This document shows positions 40,195-48,667 of a DNA stretch of 64,000 nt, one piece after another; positions within the stretch are counted from its first letter, which is position 1, and every line of letters starts with the position of its first letter. The position numbers were made by a program, and so were the translations under genes. The DNA lies in NCBI GenBank assembly GCA_963756905.1, contig CAVWPO010000009.1:18179-82178 (forward strand). Reading direction: 5' to 3'. Below the pieces are notes generated by a model. That model worked only from the letters and a program-made list of their open reading frames with translations, was not told the DNA's origin and did no database searches. This DNA comes from an uncultured Alphaproteobacteria bacterium (lineage in GTDB: Bacteria > Pseudomonadota > Alphaproteobacteria > Geminicoccales > Geminicoccaceae).

Positions 40195-41673
40195 ATGCAG
40201 CGGGCGGCGATGGCGATCCGAGAGGCGCTCACCTTCGACGACGTTCTGCTGGAGCCCGCCCATTCCGAAGTCCTGCCGGCCGAGGTCGACGTCGCGACCC
40301 GCCTGACCCGCGAGATCGAGCTCGGCATCCCGCTGCTGTCGGCGGCCATGGACACGGTGACCGAGGCGGGCCTCGCGATCGCGATGGCCCAGCACGGCGG
40401 GATCGGCGTGATCCACCGCAATCTGAGCCCCGCGGCCCAGGCCGACGAGGTGAGGAAAGTCAAGAAGTTCGAGGCCGGCATGGTGGTCAACCCGATCACG
40501 CTCGGTCCCGACGCGACGCTCGCCGAGGCGCTCGACCTGATGGCCGCGCACGGCATCTCGGGGATCCCGGTGGTCGAGGGCGAAAGCCGCCGGCTGGTCG
40601 GCATCCTCACCAACCGCGACGTCCGCTTCGCCACCGACCTCGAGGTCTCGGTGCGCGAGCTGATGACCGCCGAACGGCTGGTCACCGTGCGCGAGGGGGT
40701 CGGGCGCGAGGAGGCCAAGCAACTCCTGCATCGCCATCGGATCGAGAAGCTCCTGGTGGTCGACGCCGACTACCGGCTGATCGGCCTCGTGACGGTCAAG
40801 GACATCGAGAAGGCGCAGAGCTTCCCCAGCGCCTGCAAGGACCAGCAGGGCCGGCTCCGGGTTGGCGCCGCGACCGGCGTGGGGCCGGCCGGGCTCGAGC
40901 GGGCCGACGCCCTGATCGAGGCCGGGGTCGACCTGTTGGTGGTCGACACGGCGCACGGCCACTCGGCGCGCGTGCTCGAGGCGGTCGAGCGCATCCGGCG
41001 GCGCAGCAACGCGACCCAGATCCTGGCCGGCAACATCGCGACGCTGGCCGGCGCCAAGGCGCTGATCGATGCCGGCGCCGATGCCGTCAAGGTCGGGATC
41101 GGACCGGGCTCGATCTGCACCACGCGCGTGGTCGCGGGCGTCGGGGTGCCCCAGCTGGCGGCGTTGATGGACGTCGCCGAGCACTGCCATCAGCAGGGGG
41201 TGCCGGTGATCGCCGACGGCGGCATCCGGGCATCCGGCGATCTCGCCAAGGCGATCGCGGCCGGCGCCGACTGCGCCATGATCGGCTCCTTGTTCGCCGG
41301 CTCCGATGAAAGTCCGGGCGAGGTCTACCTCTACCAGGGGCGGTCCTACAAAGCCTACCGCGGCATGGGCTCGCTCGGCGCGATGGCGCGCGGCTCGGCC
41401 GACCGCTATTTCCAGGAGGAGATCCGGGACTCGCTCAAGCTGGTGCCCGAAGGGATCGAGGGCCAGGTGCCCTACCGCGGCCCGGTCGCGACCATCGTCC
41501 ACCAGCTGGTCGGCGGCCTGCGCGCCGCCATGGGCTACACCGGCAACGCCAGCATCGCCGCCATGCAGCGGGGCTGCACCTTTCTGCGGGTGACCCAGGC
41601 CGGCGTGCGCGAGGGCCACGTCCACGACGTCGGGATCACCCGCGAGGCGCCCAACTACCGGCGGGAGGTCTAG
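40195..41673 (+). CDS. guaB: IMP dehydrogenase
   Basis: [21 protein letters not shown] pair, [28 protein letters not shown]. The start is ATG 40195 or 40210. Confidence 0.95.
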   Translation: MQRAAMAIREALTFDDVLLEPAHSEVLPAEVDVATRLTREIELGIPLLSAAMDTVTEAGLAIAMAQHGGIGVIHRNLSPAAQADEVRKVKKFEAGMVVNPITLGPDATLAEALDLMAAHGISGIPVVEGESRRLVGILTNRDVRFATDLEVSVRELMTAERLVTVREGVGREEAKQLLHRHRIEKLLVVDADYRLIGLVTVKDIEKAQSFPSACKDQQGRLRVGAATGVGPAGLERADALIEAGVDLLVVDTAHGHSARVLEAVERIRRRSNATQILAGNIATLAGAKALIDAGADAVKVGIGPGSICTTRVVAGVGVPQLAALMDVAEHCHQQGVPVIADGGIRASGDLAKAIAAGADCAMIGSLFAGSDESPGEVYLYQGRSYKAYRGMGSLGAMARGSADRYFQEEIRDSLKLVPEGIEGQVPYRGPVATIVHQLVGGLRAAMGYTGNASIAAMQRGCTFLRVTQAGVREGHVHDVGITREAPNYRREV

Positions 41674-41741
41674 TCTTCAGTCCAGCCGGTCACGTCGCCT
41701 GCGCGGCCCGGAGCCCGCGGGTGGTGGCGGCGACCCGGGCA

Positions 41742-41822
41742 GACGATCGGATGCGGGGCGCGGCTCGGGACGAACGGACGCGGGGCGCGACAGGGGACGA
41801 TCGGACGCGGGCGGGGCTCAGG
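41742..41822. repeat. three imperfect tandem copies of a 27-bp unit
   Basis: GACGATCGGATGCGGGGCGCGGCTCGG / GACGAACGGACGCGGGGCGCGACAGGG / GACGATCGGACGCGGGCGGGGCTCAGG. The array lies between convergent guaB and the small secreted-protein gene. The third unit carries that gene's stop codon. Confidence 0.7.
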
Positions 41823-42060
41823 AACGCAATTCGGCCGGCAGCTTCTTGGGCGGCAGCGGCTCGTCGACGATGATCGGCTTTGGCATCTTGGCGTCCTCGC
41901 TTTCGATCTTGACGTCTTTGACCGCGGGGACGTCCTGGAAATAGGGATGGGTATAAATACCGTCCAGGAACTTGCCGGGGACATAGGTCGCGGCAGCCGA
42001 CGCGGGCCCGGCGAGGGCGAGCGCACCCAAGACCAGCAGCGGAGCGAGCAGCCACGACAT
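41818..42060 (-). CDS. small secreted protein, unknown function
   Basis: 80 aa. Strong Shine-Dalgarno sequence (GGAAGGAGA) 7 nt upstream. Signal peptide MSWLLAPLLVLGALALAGPASA. Confidence 0.55.
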   Translation of the reverse strand: MSWLLAPLLVLGALALAGPASAAATYVPGKFLDGIYTHPYFQDVPAVKDVKIESEDAKMPKPIIVDEPLPPKKLPAELRS

Positions 42061-42369
42061 TACCGTCTCCTTCCGTGATTCGGCCGGAAACTGATATGAC
42101 GATTGCGGCTAGGCAAAGAAAGTTAAAATTCGGTAGCGGCGTACGCACCCGGCGCATTTTGGTCGAATTGGTGCGAATTCACGGCGCGCGGCCCTTGTCG
42201 AGACACCGCGTCGGGTTCAGGACGCCCGTTCTGCCCGAACCTGACCTGATAATCGGCCCGGGCTCCCGTTCGAGCGAGGGAGTCCTGCCCCCCGCCCGGG
42301 GGTGCCGACGCCATGCCGGGCAGGCGCGCTCGGCAGTTGAAGTTCGGCCAGCCGGCGCTGCCGGCCGGC

Positions 42370-42798
42370 CTACACGATCTCGACCAGCTTGAGCTCGAAG
42401 GTCAAATCCTCGCCCGCGAGCGGGTGGTTGGCATCGAGCTTGACCGCGGCGTCGGTGACCTCGACCACGGTCAGGTGCAGGCGCTTGCCGGCGGCATCGG
42501 TGCCTTCGAGCCGGTCGCCGACGTCGACCTTCATCTCCGGCGAGAGCTTGTCGCGCCCGATCTCGTGGATCAGCTCGTCGCGATGCGGGCCGTAGGCCTT
42601 CTCGGCCGGGACCGTCACCGTCTTGCTGTCGCCCGGCGCCATGCCGGTCAGCGCCTGATCGACGCCGGCGATGATCTGGCCGCGGCCCAGCTCGACCCGG
42701 AGCGGCTCGCGGCCGGTCGAAGAATCGAACACGGTGCCGTCGGTGAGGCTGCCGGTGTAGTGGAACAGGACCTGGTTGCCCGCTGTTGCTCTGCTCAT
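42370..42798 (-). CDS. FKBP-type peptidyl-prolyl cis-trans isomerase (SlyD-like, short)
   Basis: Start at ATG 42798. VLFHYTGSLTDGTVFDSS...LRVELGRGQIIAGVDQALTGMAPGD...NHPLAGEDLTFELKLVEI. Confidence 0.85.
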   Translation of the reverse strand: MSRATAGNQVLFHYTGSLTDGTVFDSSTGREPLRVELGRGQIIAGVDQALTGMAPGDSKTVTVPAEKAYGPHRDELIHEIGRDKLSPEMKVDVGDRLEGTDAAGKRLHLTVVEVTDAAVKLDANHPLAGEDLTFELKLVEIV

Positions 42799-43082
42799 GG
42801 CGGTCTCCTCAGGGTTGGCGGTTGCCTTCGGTCGCGCCGCCGCCCGCCGGCCCCCTGATGGGCGCCGGCGCCGGCGTGCTGCCGATTGAACTGCCGCACA
42901 TGTCCTAGGAGCAGACGGCGCTCGCGGGGATGCGAGGCGCCGGACACACGCGAAAGACCATGCGAAGCTCAAGAGGTTTAGGTGAGGGCAGCGACCGGGA
43001 AGTCAACCCGCAACGCCGGATCGGGCGCCCGCGCGCGCTGCCGGCGATCGATCGAGCCGCGCCCTGGCCGCAGGCGAGCGGC

Positions 43083-43745
43083 TCAGTCCTCGGCCCACAT
43101 GCGCAACAGATTGGTGCGGGTCTTGGCGAGCGTGTCGAACAGCGGCGACTTGCCGTCGCGGGCGTGGACCGCGCGCAGCGCCGTCTCGAGGTCGAACAGG
43201 ATCTCGCGCCGGCCGGGGTCGCGGACGAAGCTGCGGACCCAGCCGACCGCCGCGAGCCGGATGCCGTCGGTCACCGGCGCCACCCGGTGCAGCGTGGTCG
43301 ACGGATAGAGAAAGAGCTCGCCCGCCGGCAGCTTGACCTCGCGCTCGCCATAGGCGTCGTCGATCACCAGGGCGCCGCCCTGGTAGCTCTCGGGGTCGGC
43401 GAGGAACAGCGTGAACGACAGGTCGGTGCGCACGCCATCCATGAGCGCGTCGTCGACGTGGGGGCCGTAGGTCATGCCCGGCTCGTAGCGGCTGATCGTG
43501 AGCCGCAAGATCGCCTTCGGCCGCGCCGCGGCGGCGAACACCTCGTGCTGGAGCAGCGCGCGCCTGATCTGCGCCAGGGCGTCGTCGACGATGCCGCCGT
43601 GCCGCGCCTGAAGGTTGTGCTTGACCGCGCGCGCGTGCCAGCCGGCGGTCGCCCGGCCGTCCTCGAACAATCCCGGATCGGCGAGCGCGCTCTGCAGGGC
43701 CGCAAGGCGCTCGCGATCGAGCAGCGCCGCGATCCGCAGCATCAT
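43083..43745 (-). CDS. Fe(II)/2-oxoglutarate-dependent PKHD-type hydroxylase (PiuC/YbiX-like)
   Basis: 220 aa. YEPGMTYGPHVDDA (HxD), TDLSFTLFL, LYPSTTLHRV (distal His). Confidence 0.85.
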   Translation of the reverse strand: MMLRIAALLDRERLAALQSALADPGLFEDGRATAGWHARAVKHNLQARHGGIVDDALAQIRRALLQHEVFAAAARPKAILRLTISRYEPGMTYGPHVDDALMDGVRTDLSFTLFLADPESYQGGALVIDDAYGEREVKLPAGELFLYPSTTLHRVAPVTDGIRLAAVGWVRSFVRDPGRREILFDLETALRAVHARDGKSPLFDTLAKTRTNLLRMWAED

Positions 43746-43802
43746 GCGGGCGCGGTCCTGAGACGCCGGCGCCGCCGGCCGCGATCGCCCGCTGTCCGGC
43801 GG

Positions 43803-44751
43803 TCAGCGGACATGGAGGCCGGCGATCTCGATGTAGGCGGCGGCGCCGAACAGCTCGGATGGATCGCCCTCGACCACGGGCGGCGGCACCAGGCTCGGCC
43901 AGAGGCCGGCGACCGCCTCGAACTGCGCCTTGGCCCGGGCGATCGCATCGGCGGCCTTGGCGCGCTCGGCGGCCGGCGTCTGGTCGAGGATCGCCCTGGC
44001 GGACCGCACGAAGCCGAGCGCGTCCTGATACCCGACCGGCTGGACGACCTGGCCCTTCTGGTCAACCGCCTGGTCGTACTCGGCGGCCGCGGTGCGCACG
44101 AGGTTGACCATGACCGCGAAGCGGGTCGGGAGCCCCAGGCGTTTGGCCTCGGGCACCGCCGCTTCGGCGGCGGCGATGCCGGCCAGCGCCTGCTGATAGG
44201 CGGCCTCGACCTGGTCGACCGGGGCGCCCTGCTCGACCTTCTTCTCGAGCGCCTCGAGCGGCGCCTCGAAGCCCGCCGCGCCCCGCTTCTCGAGCGCCGG
44301 CTCGAGCGCCTTGTACTGCACCTCGATCGGACGCTCCATGTGGGTCTCGGCGGCCTTCCGCTCGCCCTGCCGGTAGAGGTCCATGCCGACCTCGAGGTGG
44401 CCGCGCACCAGCCCGAGCTGGGTCAGATAAGCCACGTCGTCGGTGCCGAGGTCGGCCGCCTTGGCCGCACCGCTCTCACCACCCTCGCCGCCTTCGCCGC
44501 CCTCGCCGCCTTCACCGCCCTTCGCCGCCCGCCGCGATCTGGGTCAGCGACGGCGCGCTGGCGCCGGGCTTGGCGAGCTTCCCGAGCACCCCCGCCTGGG
44601 GCGTATGGGGCAGCAGCGAGAGGGCCGCCCCCGCGAGCAGAACGGTGCCGAGCCCGGTCCAGACCTTGGCCCGGGTGGTGGCCGGAACCGGCCGCTGGTC
44701 CTCGTAAGGCGCACCAGCCGGCGCCGCTCGACGATCGGTCCTCTCGGTCAT
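43803..44751 (-). CDS. membrane-anchored protein with (GGE)n repeat and helical C-terminal domain; +1 frameshift inside the repeat (near 44519)
   Basis: ORF 44512..44844 (from MTERTDRR; TM helix VWTGLGTVLLAGAALSLL) ends in ...IAAGGEGR-stop. One frame over it continues GGEGGEGGEGGEGGESGAAKAADLGTDDVAYLTQ... into ORF 43803..44435. The length of 949 nt is 1 mod 3. Confidence 0.5.
44475..44527. repeat. 9-bp (Gly-Gly-Glu) coding tandem repeat
   Basis: Plus strand CTCACCACCCTCGCCGCCTTCGCCGCCCTCGCCGCCTTCACCGCCCTTCGCCGCC. There are at least five GGE units, and the frameshift falls in the CCC at 44518-44520. Confidence 0.7.
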
Positions 44752-45041
44752 CCTGTCCTCGCTCGGCTCGCATGGTCCGCGTCGACCCGCGGCGCCGGCG
44801 CCGCCCTGGTCGCGCGGCTGATCTTTAGCAGGCCAAGAACTCATAGTAAAGCTATAGACGACGCATCTATAACTGGAATTGTTCTAAGATGACCGGAGCG
44901 ACCGTCAGGCTCAGCCGACCGATCGAATATTCAACCGGATCGGGATCACCTTAGAAGTAGACCATTTCAAGCGGATTGCCGCCGGCGCCTGTGCCTGCTA
45001 GCAATTGCCGGCACAGGGCTTCGCCCAGGGAGGGAGCGAGA

Positions 45042-45806
45042 ATGAAACCGTTCGATCTGAGTGGCAAGGTCGCGATCGTCACCGGCGGCAACGGCGGCAT
45101 CGGGCTCGGCATGGCGCGCGGCCTGGCCGGCGCCGGGGCCACGGTGGTGGTGGCGGCGCGCAACCCGGACAAGAGCGCCCAGGCGGTCACTGAGCTCGAG
45201 GCCCTCGGCGCGCGAGCGCTCGCGGTCGAGGTCGAGGTCACCAGCGAGGCCTCCTGCCGCGCCCTGGTGCAGAGCACGCTCGCCGAGCTTGGCCGGCTCG
45301 ACATCCTGGTCAACAACGCCGGCACCAACATCCGCAAGCAGCCGCATGAATATGCGCTCGCGGAGTGGCACCGGATCCTCGAGACCAATCTCACCAGCGC
45401 CTTCATGTGCTGCCAGGCGGCCTACCCCGCCCTGGTCGCGGCCGGCGGCGGCAAGATCATCAACATCGGCTCGATGATGTCGATCTTCGGCGCCTCGTTC
45501 ACCGCCCCCTACGCCGCGACCAAGGGCGGCATGGTCCAGCTCACCCGCGCGCTCGCCTGCGCCTGGGCGAAAGACCGGATCCAGGTCAACGCGGTCCTGC
45601 CGGGCTGGATCGACACGGCACTCACGGTCCAGGGCCGGCGCGACGTGCCGGGCCTCGAGGAGCGGGTGGTCGCGCGCACGCCGGCCGGCCGCTGGGGCCA
45701 CCCGGACGATTTCGCCGGCATCGCCGTGTTCCTCGCCAGCCCGGCCTCGGACTTCGTCACCGGCACCGCGATCCCGGTCGACGGCGGTTATTCCGTACAG
45801 GGCTGA
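45042..45806 (+). CDS. SDR-family oxidoreductase (KduD/gluconate-5-DH-like)
   Basis: Start at ATG 45042 after GGGAGGGAG. TGGNGGIGLG, NNAG, S...YAATK catalytic motif, PGWIDT. Confidence 0.9.
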   Translation: MKPFDLSGKVAIVTGGNGGIGLGMARGLAGAGATVVVAARNPDKSAQAVTELEALGARALAVEVEVTSEASCRALVQSTLAELGRLDILVNNAGTNIRKQPHEYALAEWHRILETNLTSAFMCCQAAYPALVAAGGGKIINIGSMMSIFGASFTAPYAATKGGMVQLTRALACAWAKDRIQVNAVLPGWIDTALTVQGRRDVPGLEERVVARTPAGRWGHPDDFAGIAVFLASPASDFVTGTAIPVDGGYSVQG

Positions 45807-45831
45807 GCCGGCCGGCGGCCGCCCGGCCGGC
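45807..45831. terminator. GC hairpin between convergent SDR and DUF1330 genes (possible bidirectional terminator, no U tract)
   Basis: GCCGGCCGG (45807-45815), loop CGGCCGC, CCGGCCGGC (45823-45831). Confidence 0.25.
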
Positions 45832-45835
45832 GGCG

Positions 45836-46120
45836 TCAGGCGCCTTCGACCAGGATGACCCGGCTCTTGGCCGCCTTCTGCCGGATGCCGACGATCGCCC
45901 GATACTCGGGCGAGTCGTAGAAGCGCCGGGCGGCGGCGACGTCTTGAAACTCGATCACCACGATCCGCGCGGGCGGGCTGCCCTCCAGGGATTCCGCCGC
46001 GCCGCCGCGGACGATGAAGCGGCCGCCGTAGCGCTCGACCACGCCCGGGGTCTGCGCCCGGTAGGTGGCGTAGGTCTCGGGGTCGGTCACCTCGACCTCG
46101 GCGATGATGTAGCCGGCCAT
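45836..46120 (-). CDS. DUF1330 domain protein
   Basis: MAGYIIAEVEVTDPETYATYRAQTPGVVERYGGRFIVRGG...IVVIEFQDVAAARRFYDSPEY. 94 aa. Confidence 0.8.
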   Translation of the reverse strand: MAGYIIAEVEVTDPETYATYRAQTPGVVERYGGRFIVRGGAAESLEGSPPARIVVIEFQDVAAARRFYDSPEYRAIVGIRQKAAKSRVILVEGA

Positions 46121-46317
46121 GCGCTCTCCTCCTTCCAGGTCGGTCCGTCTGCGGCCCGATCGTTCCAGCTCCGGTCGGCCGCGGCCCGGCCCCCCAAGGT
46201 AGCCATCGAGGGCCGCCCCGGCTATGGTCCGACACCTTTCTCGTCCCCTCTGCTCGCGATCCCCTCCCTCGTGATCCTCCTCCACGACTGATCCTCGCCC
46301 CCATGGCGGCGCTGGCG

Positions 46318-46941
46318 TTAACCTTTGGTTAGCTTTGCCTTGACATGGTCGCGGATGGTGGAAAAGGGACCGCCGCCAAGAATCTTGGCAGTGGTGCCGC
46401 ACGGCCGGCATGATCCAAGCGATGGGGAGAGGTCGGTTCGAACGATGAGCGATAACAAGTATTGATCCGGATATGGATCATTTGGATTAGCGAAAGTTGA
46501 GTACCAGCGGGCTCGGGCCGCGCACTCGATGTTGTCCATGTGACGATCGTGAGGCTCCGAGAATTCAGAAGTGGCGCATCCGATTACAGTATGTCCATGA
46601 ACTCCATCCGGCGGCGGGCAGATCGCTCTGCAATCAGCCGCATTATGCCAAATGTTCTTAATAATTCGGAAATTCACAGCAATGGAGCACGAATCACATC
46701 GGCTGCTGATACGATGCCGGAGCAAACTGTTGGCCAGTATCAGTCGTATTGCCTGTCCGGCTGGCTGGAGCTCCGAATCTGACGCATGGAGGCGCCAGAA
46801 GCGGTTGCCGCCGGCGACCCGCGACCTCCCGACCACGACTCGCCCGACTTCCAATGCATAGACCAGGCGTGCGAGCGGTTGACTTGGACTAGGGCTGGTG
46901 CCACTTGGTTGCCAGGATGGCAGCGACGGACGGGAAACCAA
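46318..46941 (-). CDS. orphan ORF in low-GC islet (maximal ORF; true start unknown)
   Basis: The only sizeable ORF in the roughly 500-bp stretch that is visibly AT-richer than its surroundings. The C-terminal part (CPPPDGVHGHTVIGC...WYSTFANPNDPYPDQYLLSLIVRTD...CRPCG) looks protein-like, but I recognise no family. The 5' part overlaps vapB on the other strand and is probably not coding. Confidence 0.3.
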   Translation of the reverse strand: MVSRPSLPSWQPSGTSPSPSQPLARLVYALEVGRVVVGRSRVAGGNRFWRLHASDSELQPAGQAIRLILANSLLRHRISSRCDSCSIAVNFRIIKNIWHNAADCRAICPPPDGVHGHTVIGCATSEFSEPHDRHMDNIECAARARWYSTFANPNDPYPDQYLLSLIVRTDLSPSLGSCRPCGTTAKILGGGPFSTIRDHVKAKLTKG

Positions 46942-47198
46942 TGACGAGCCGGCATGTCAAGATCGCAGCCGGCGGGCGGGTGGTCATCCCGGCCGAGTTC
47001 CGCAAGGCGCTCGGCGTCGAGGTCGGCGATGCTGTGGTGATCGAGCTTAGAGACGGCGAGTTGCGGCTGCGTTCGCTCGACGCCGCGATCCGCCGGGCGC
47101 AGGAGATCGTGCGCAAATACGTGCCCGAAGGCGTGTCGCTGGCCGATGAGCTGATCCGGGAGCGGCGGGAGGAGGCGGCGCGCGAGGAGCGCGAGTGA
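46941..47198 (+). CDS. vapB: AbrB/SpoVT-family antitoxin (VapB-type)
   Basis: MTSRHVKIAAGGRVVIPAEFRKALGVEVGDAVVIELRDGELRL. Its stop overlaps the GTG start of the PIN gene (GTGA). Confidence 0.75.
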   Translation: MTSRHVKIAAGGRVVIPAEFRKALGVEVGDAVVIELRDGELRLRSLDAAIRRAQEIVRKYVPEGVSLADELIRERREEAAREERE

Positions 47199-47575
47199 CT
47201 TTCGTGCTCGATGCCTCGGCGCTGCTGGCTCTGATCCAGGGCGAGCCCGGGGCGAGGCGCGTCCGGGCGGTCGTGCGCGAGGCGGCGCTCAGCAGCGTCA
47301 ACCTGACCGAGGTCGTGACCAAGCTGGTCACCAAGGGAATGCTGCTCGAGGAGGTGCACGAGATTCTCGACGGCATCGAGCTGCGCGTGCATGCGCATGA
47401 CGAGCAGCTGGCCATTGATGCCGGCGCCATGTCTGCCGAGACGCAAAGGCTCGGCCTGTCGCTCGGCGATCGCGCCTGTCTCGCGCTCGCGCGTCGGCTC
47501 GGAGCCACCGCCTTGACCACCGACCGGGCCTGGGGCCGGGTCGACGTGGGCGTCGCGATCGAGGTGATCCGGTAG
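47195..47575 (+). CDS. vapC: PIN-domain ribonuclease toxin VapC
   Basis: FVLDASALLALIQGEPG...NLTEVVTKL...LSLGDRACLALARRLGATALTTDRAW, the acidic PIN residue pattern. Confidence 0.85.
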   Translation: MTFVLDASALLALIQGEPGARRVRAVVREAALSSVNLTEVVTKLVTKGMLLEEVHEILDGIELRVHAHDEQLAIDAGAMSAETQRLGLSLGDRACLALARRLGATALTTDRAWGRVDVGVAIEVIR

Positions 47576-47691
47576 GGCAGCCGGTCGGCGGACCCCCGGT
47601 CGGTCGGGATCAGCCAGACGTCGTCCGGTCGCCAGTGAGGCGGACCGGCGTGCCGGCGCGAAGCGGGCGCCCGGGTCGGTCGCCCAGCGTA

Positions 47692-47717
47692 TCTCGGCTG
47701 AGCCGTCAGCCGAGATA
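47692..47717. other. perfect 11-bp-stem hairpin
   Basis: ATCTCGGCTGA-GCCG-TCAGCCGAGAT. It overlaps the stop of a 36-71-codon hydrophobic mini-ORF (47706..47921, minus). No U tract follows. Confidence 0.4.
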
Positions 47718-47924
47718 GATCTTGAGGACCGTCGCGAGGGCGCCAACGGCGACCAGGCCGATACCGCCCGGCGTGGAGCCGATCAGGACTGCCACGCGCA
47801 CGAGGCGGCGCTCCATGCGGTGCCGAAGCCGACCACGCCGGCGATCTCGGCCGCTGCTTCCGCGGGGGCGGTTCAAGTAGGGAATCGCGATCGGCCGAAG
47901 CTCGAGTCCGAGCGGACCCATCGC

Positions 47925-48317
47925 TCAGGGCGCCACCACTGGGACGGCACCCGCGAGCGGCCGTGCCTTGCGCCGCAAGGCGCGGTCGAACGTCGCGAAG
48001 GCGTCGGCGCGGCCGCTCGAGGCGAGGTGCAGGGCATCGGCGAAGTCGAGCCCGCGCCGATACCAGTCGAGCGCCCGGGCGACCGCCGGCCGGTCCTCGA
48101 TCTCGACGCCCGGCAGGCCGAGCAGGCGCGTGATGCCGTCGAAGATCGCCGGCTGCCGGAACCGATAAAGGCTACGGAGCACCCATTCGGTCTCGAGCAG
48201 CACGCTCTTCAGCAGAAGCACGGCACCGGTTTTCAAGACCGCCTCGGCCCGGTCGGTCTGGGCCACATCGTCCTCGACCAGGTAGCGCACGAGGATATTG
48301 GTATCGACCGCGATCAC
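47925..48317 (-). CDS. vapC: PIN-domain ribonuclease toxin VapC (second module)
   Basis: Last 130 codons of ORF 47925..49253, from GTG 48317. IAVDTNILVRYLVEDD...ETEWVLRSLY...DFADALHLASS. Confidence 0.85.
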   Translation of the reverse strand: MIAVDTNILVRYLVEDDVAQTDRAEAVLKTGAVLLLKSVLLETEWVLRSLYRFRQPAIFDGITRLLGLPGVEIEDRPAVARALDWYRRGLDFADALHLASSGRADAFATFDRALRRKARPLAGAVPVVAP

Positions 48318-48589
48318 TTGGGCTGCCGCTCGAACTCCTGCCACATCCGGCGCGCCTCGCGCTCGATCCCCTCGTGCATCTCCTCGATGCTGATCGGCGG
48401 GCCATCGTACTTGAGACAGCCGCGCACCTCCTCGATCGTGGTCGGCGGGAACGGGTTGGCCGGCCGCAGCACGACGACGTCGCCCCGGTCCTCGACCTCG
48501 AGCTCGACGCCGGGCTGCCAGCCGTGCCGGTCCCGGACCGCCTTCGGGATGATCACCTGCCCCTTGCTGGAGAGCCGCGTCTTGGTCAT
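48314..48589 (-). CDS. vapB: AbrB/MazE/SpoVT-family antitoxin (second module)
   Basis: MTKTRLSSKGQVIIPKAVRDRHGWQPGVELEVEDRGDVVVLRP. Its stop overlaps the toxin GTG start. Confidence 0.85.
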   Translation of the reverse strand: MTKTRLSSKGQVIIPKAVRDRHGWQPGVELEVEDRGDVVVLRPANPFPPTTIEEVRGCLKYDGPPISIEEMHEGIEREARRMWQEFERQPK

Positions 48590-48667
48590 CGCCCCTGCCC
48601 TGGTAAGATCCGGGTAAGAAGATGCGTCCGCCCGGCCCGCCGGTCAACCGCGGCCGGGCGAAGGCGC

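Noticed and set aside
46435-46443. GGTTCGAAC, a tRNA T-loop-like motif inside the low-GC islet. It could be a tRNA fragment or att remnant.
   Set aside because: The flanking bases do not form a T-stem (GGTCG versus CGATG). No acceptor or anticodon arms can be drawn, and no full tRNA gene is present in the window.
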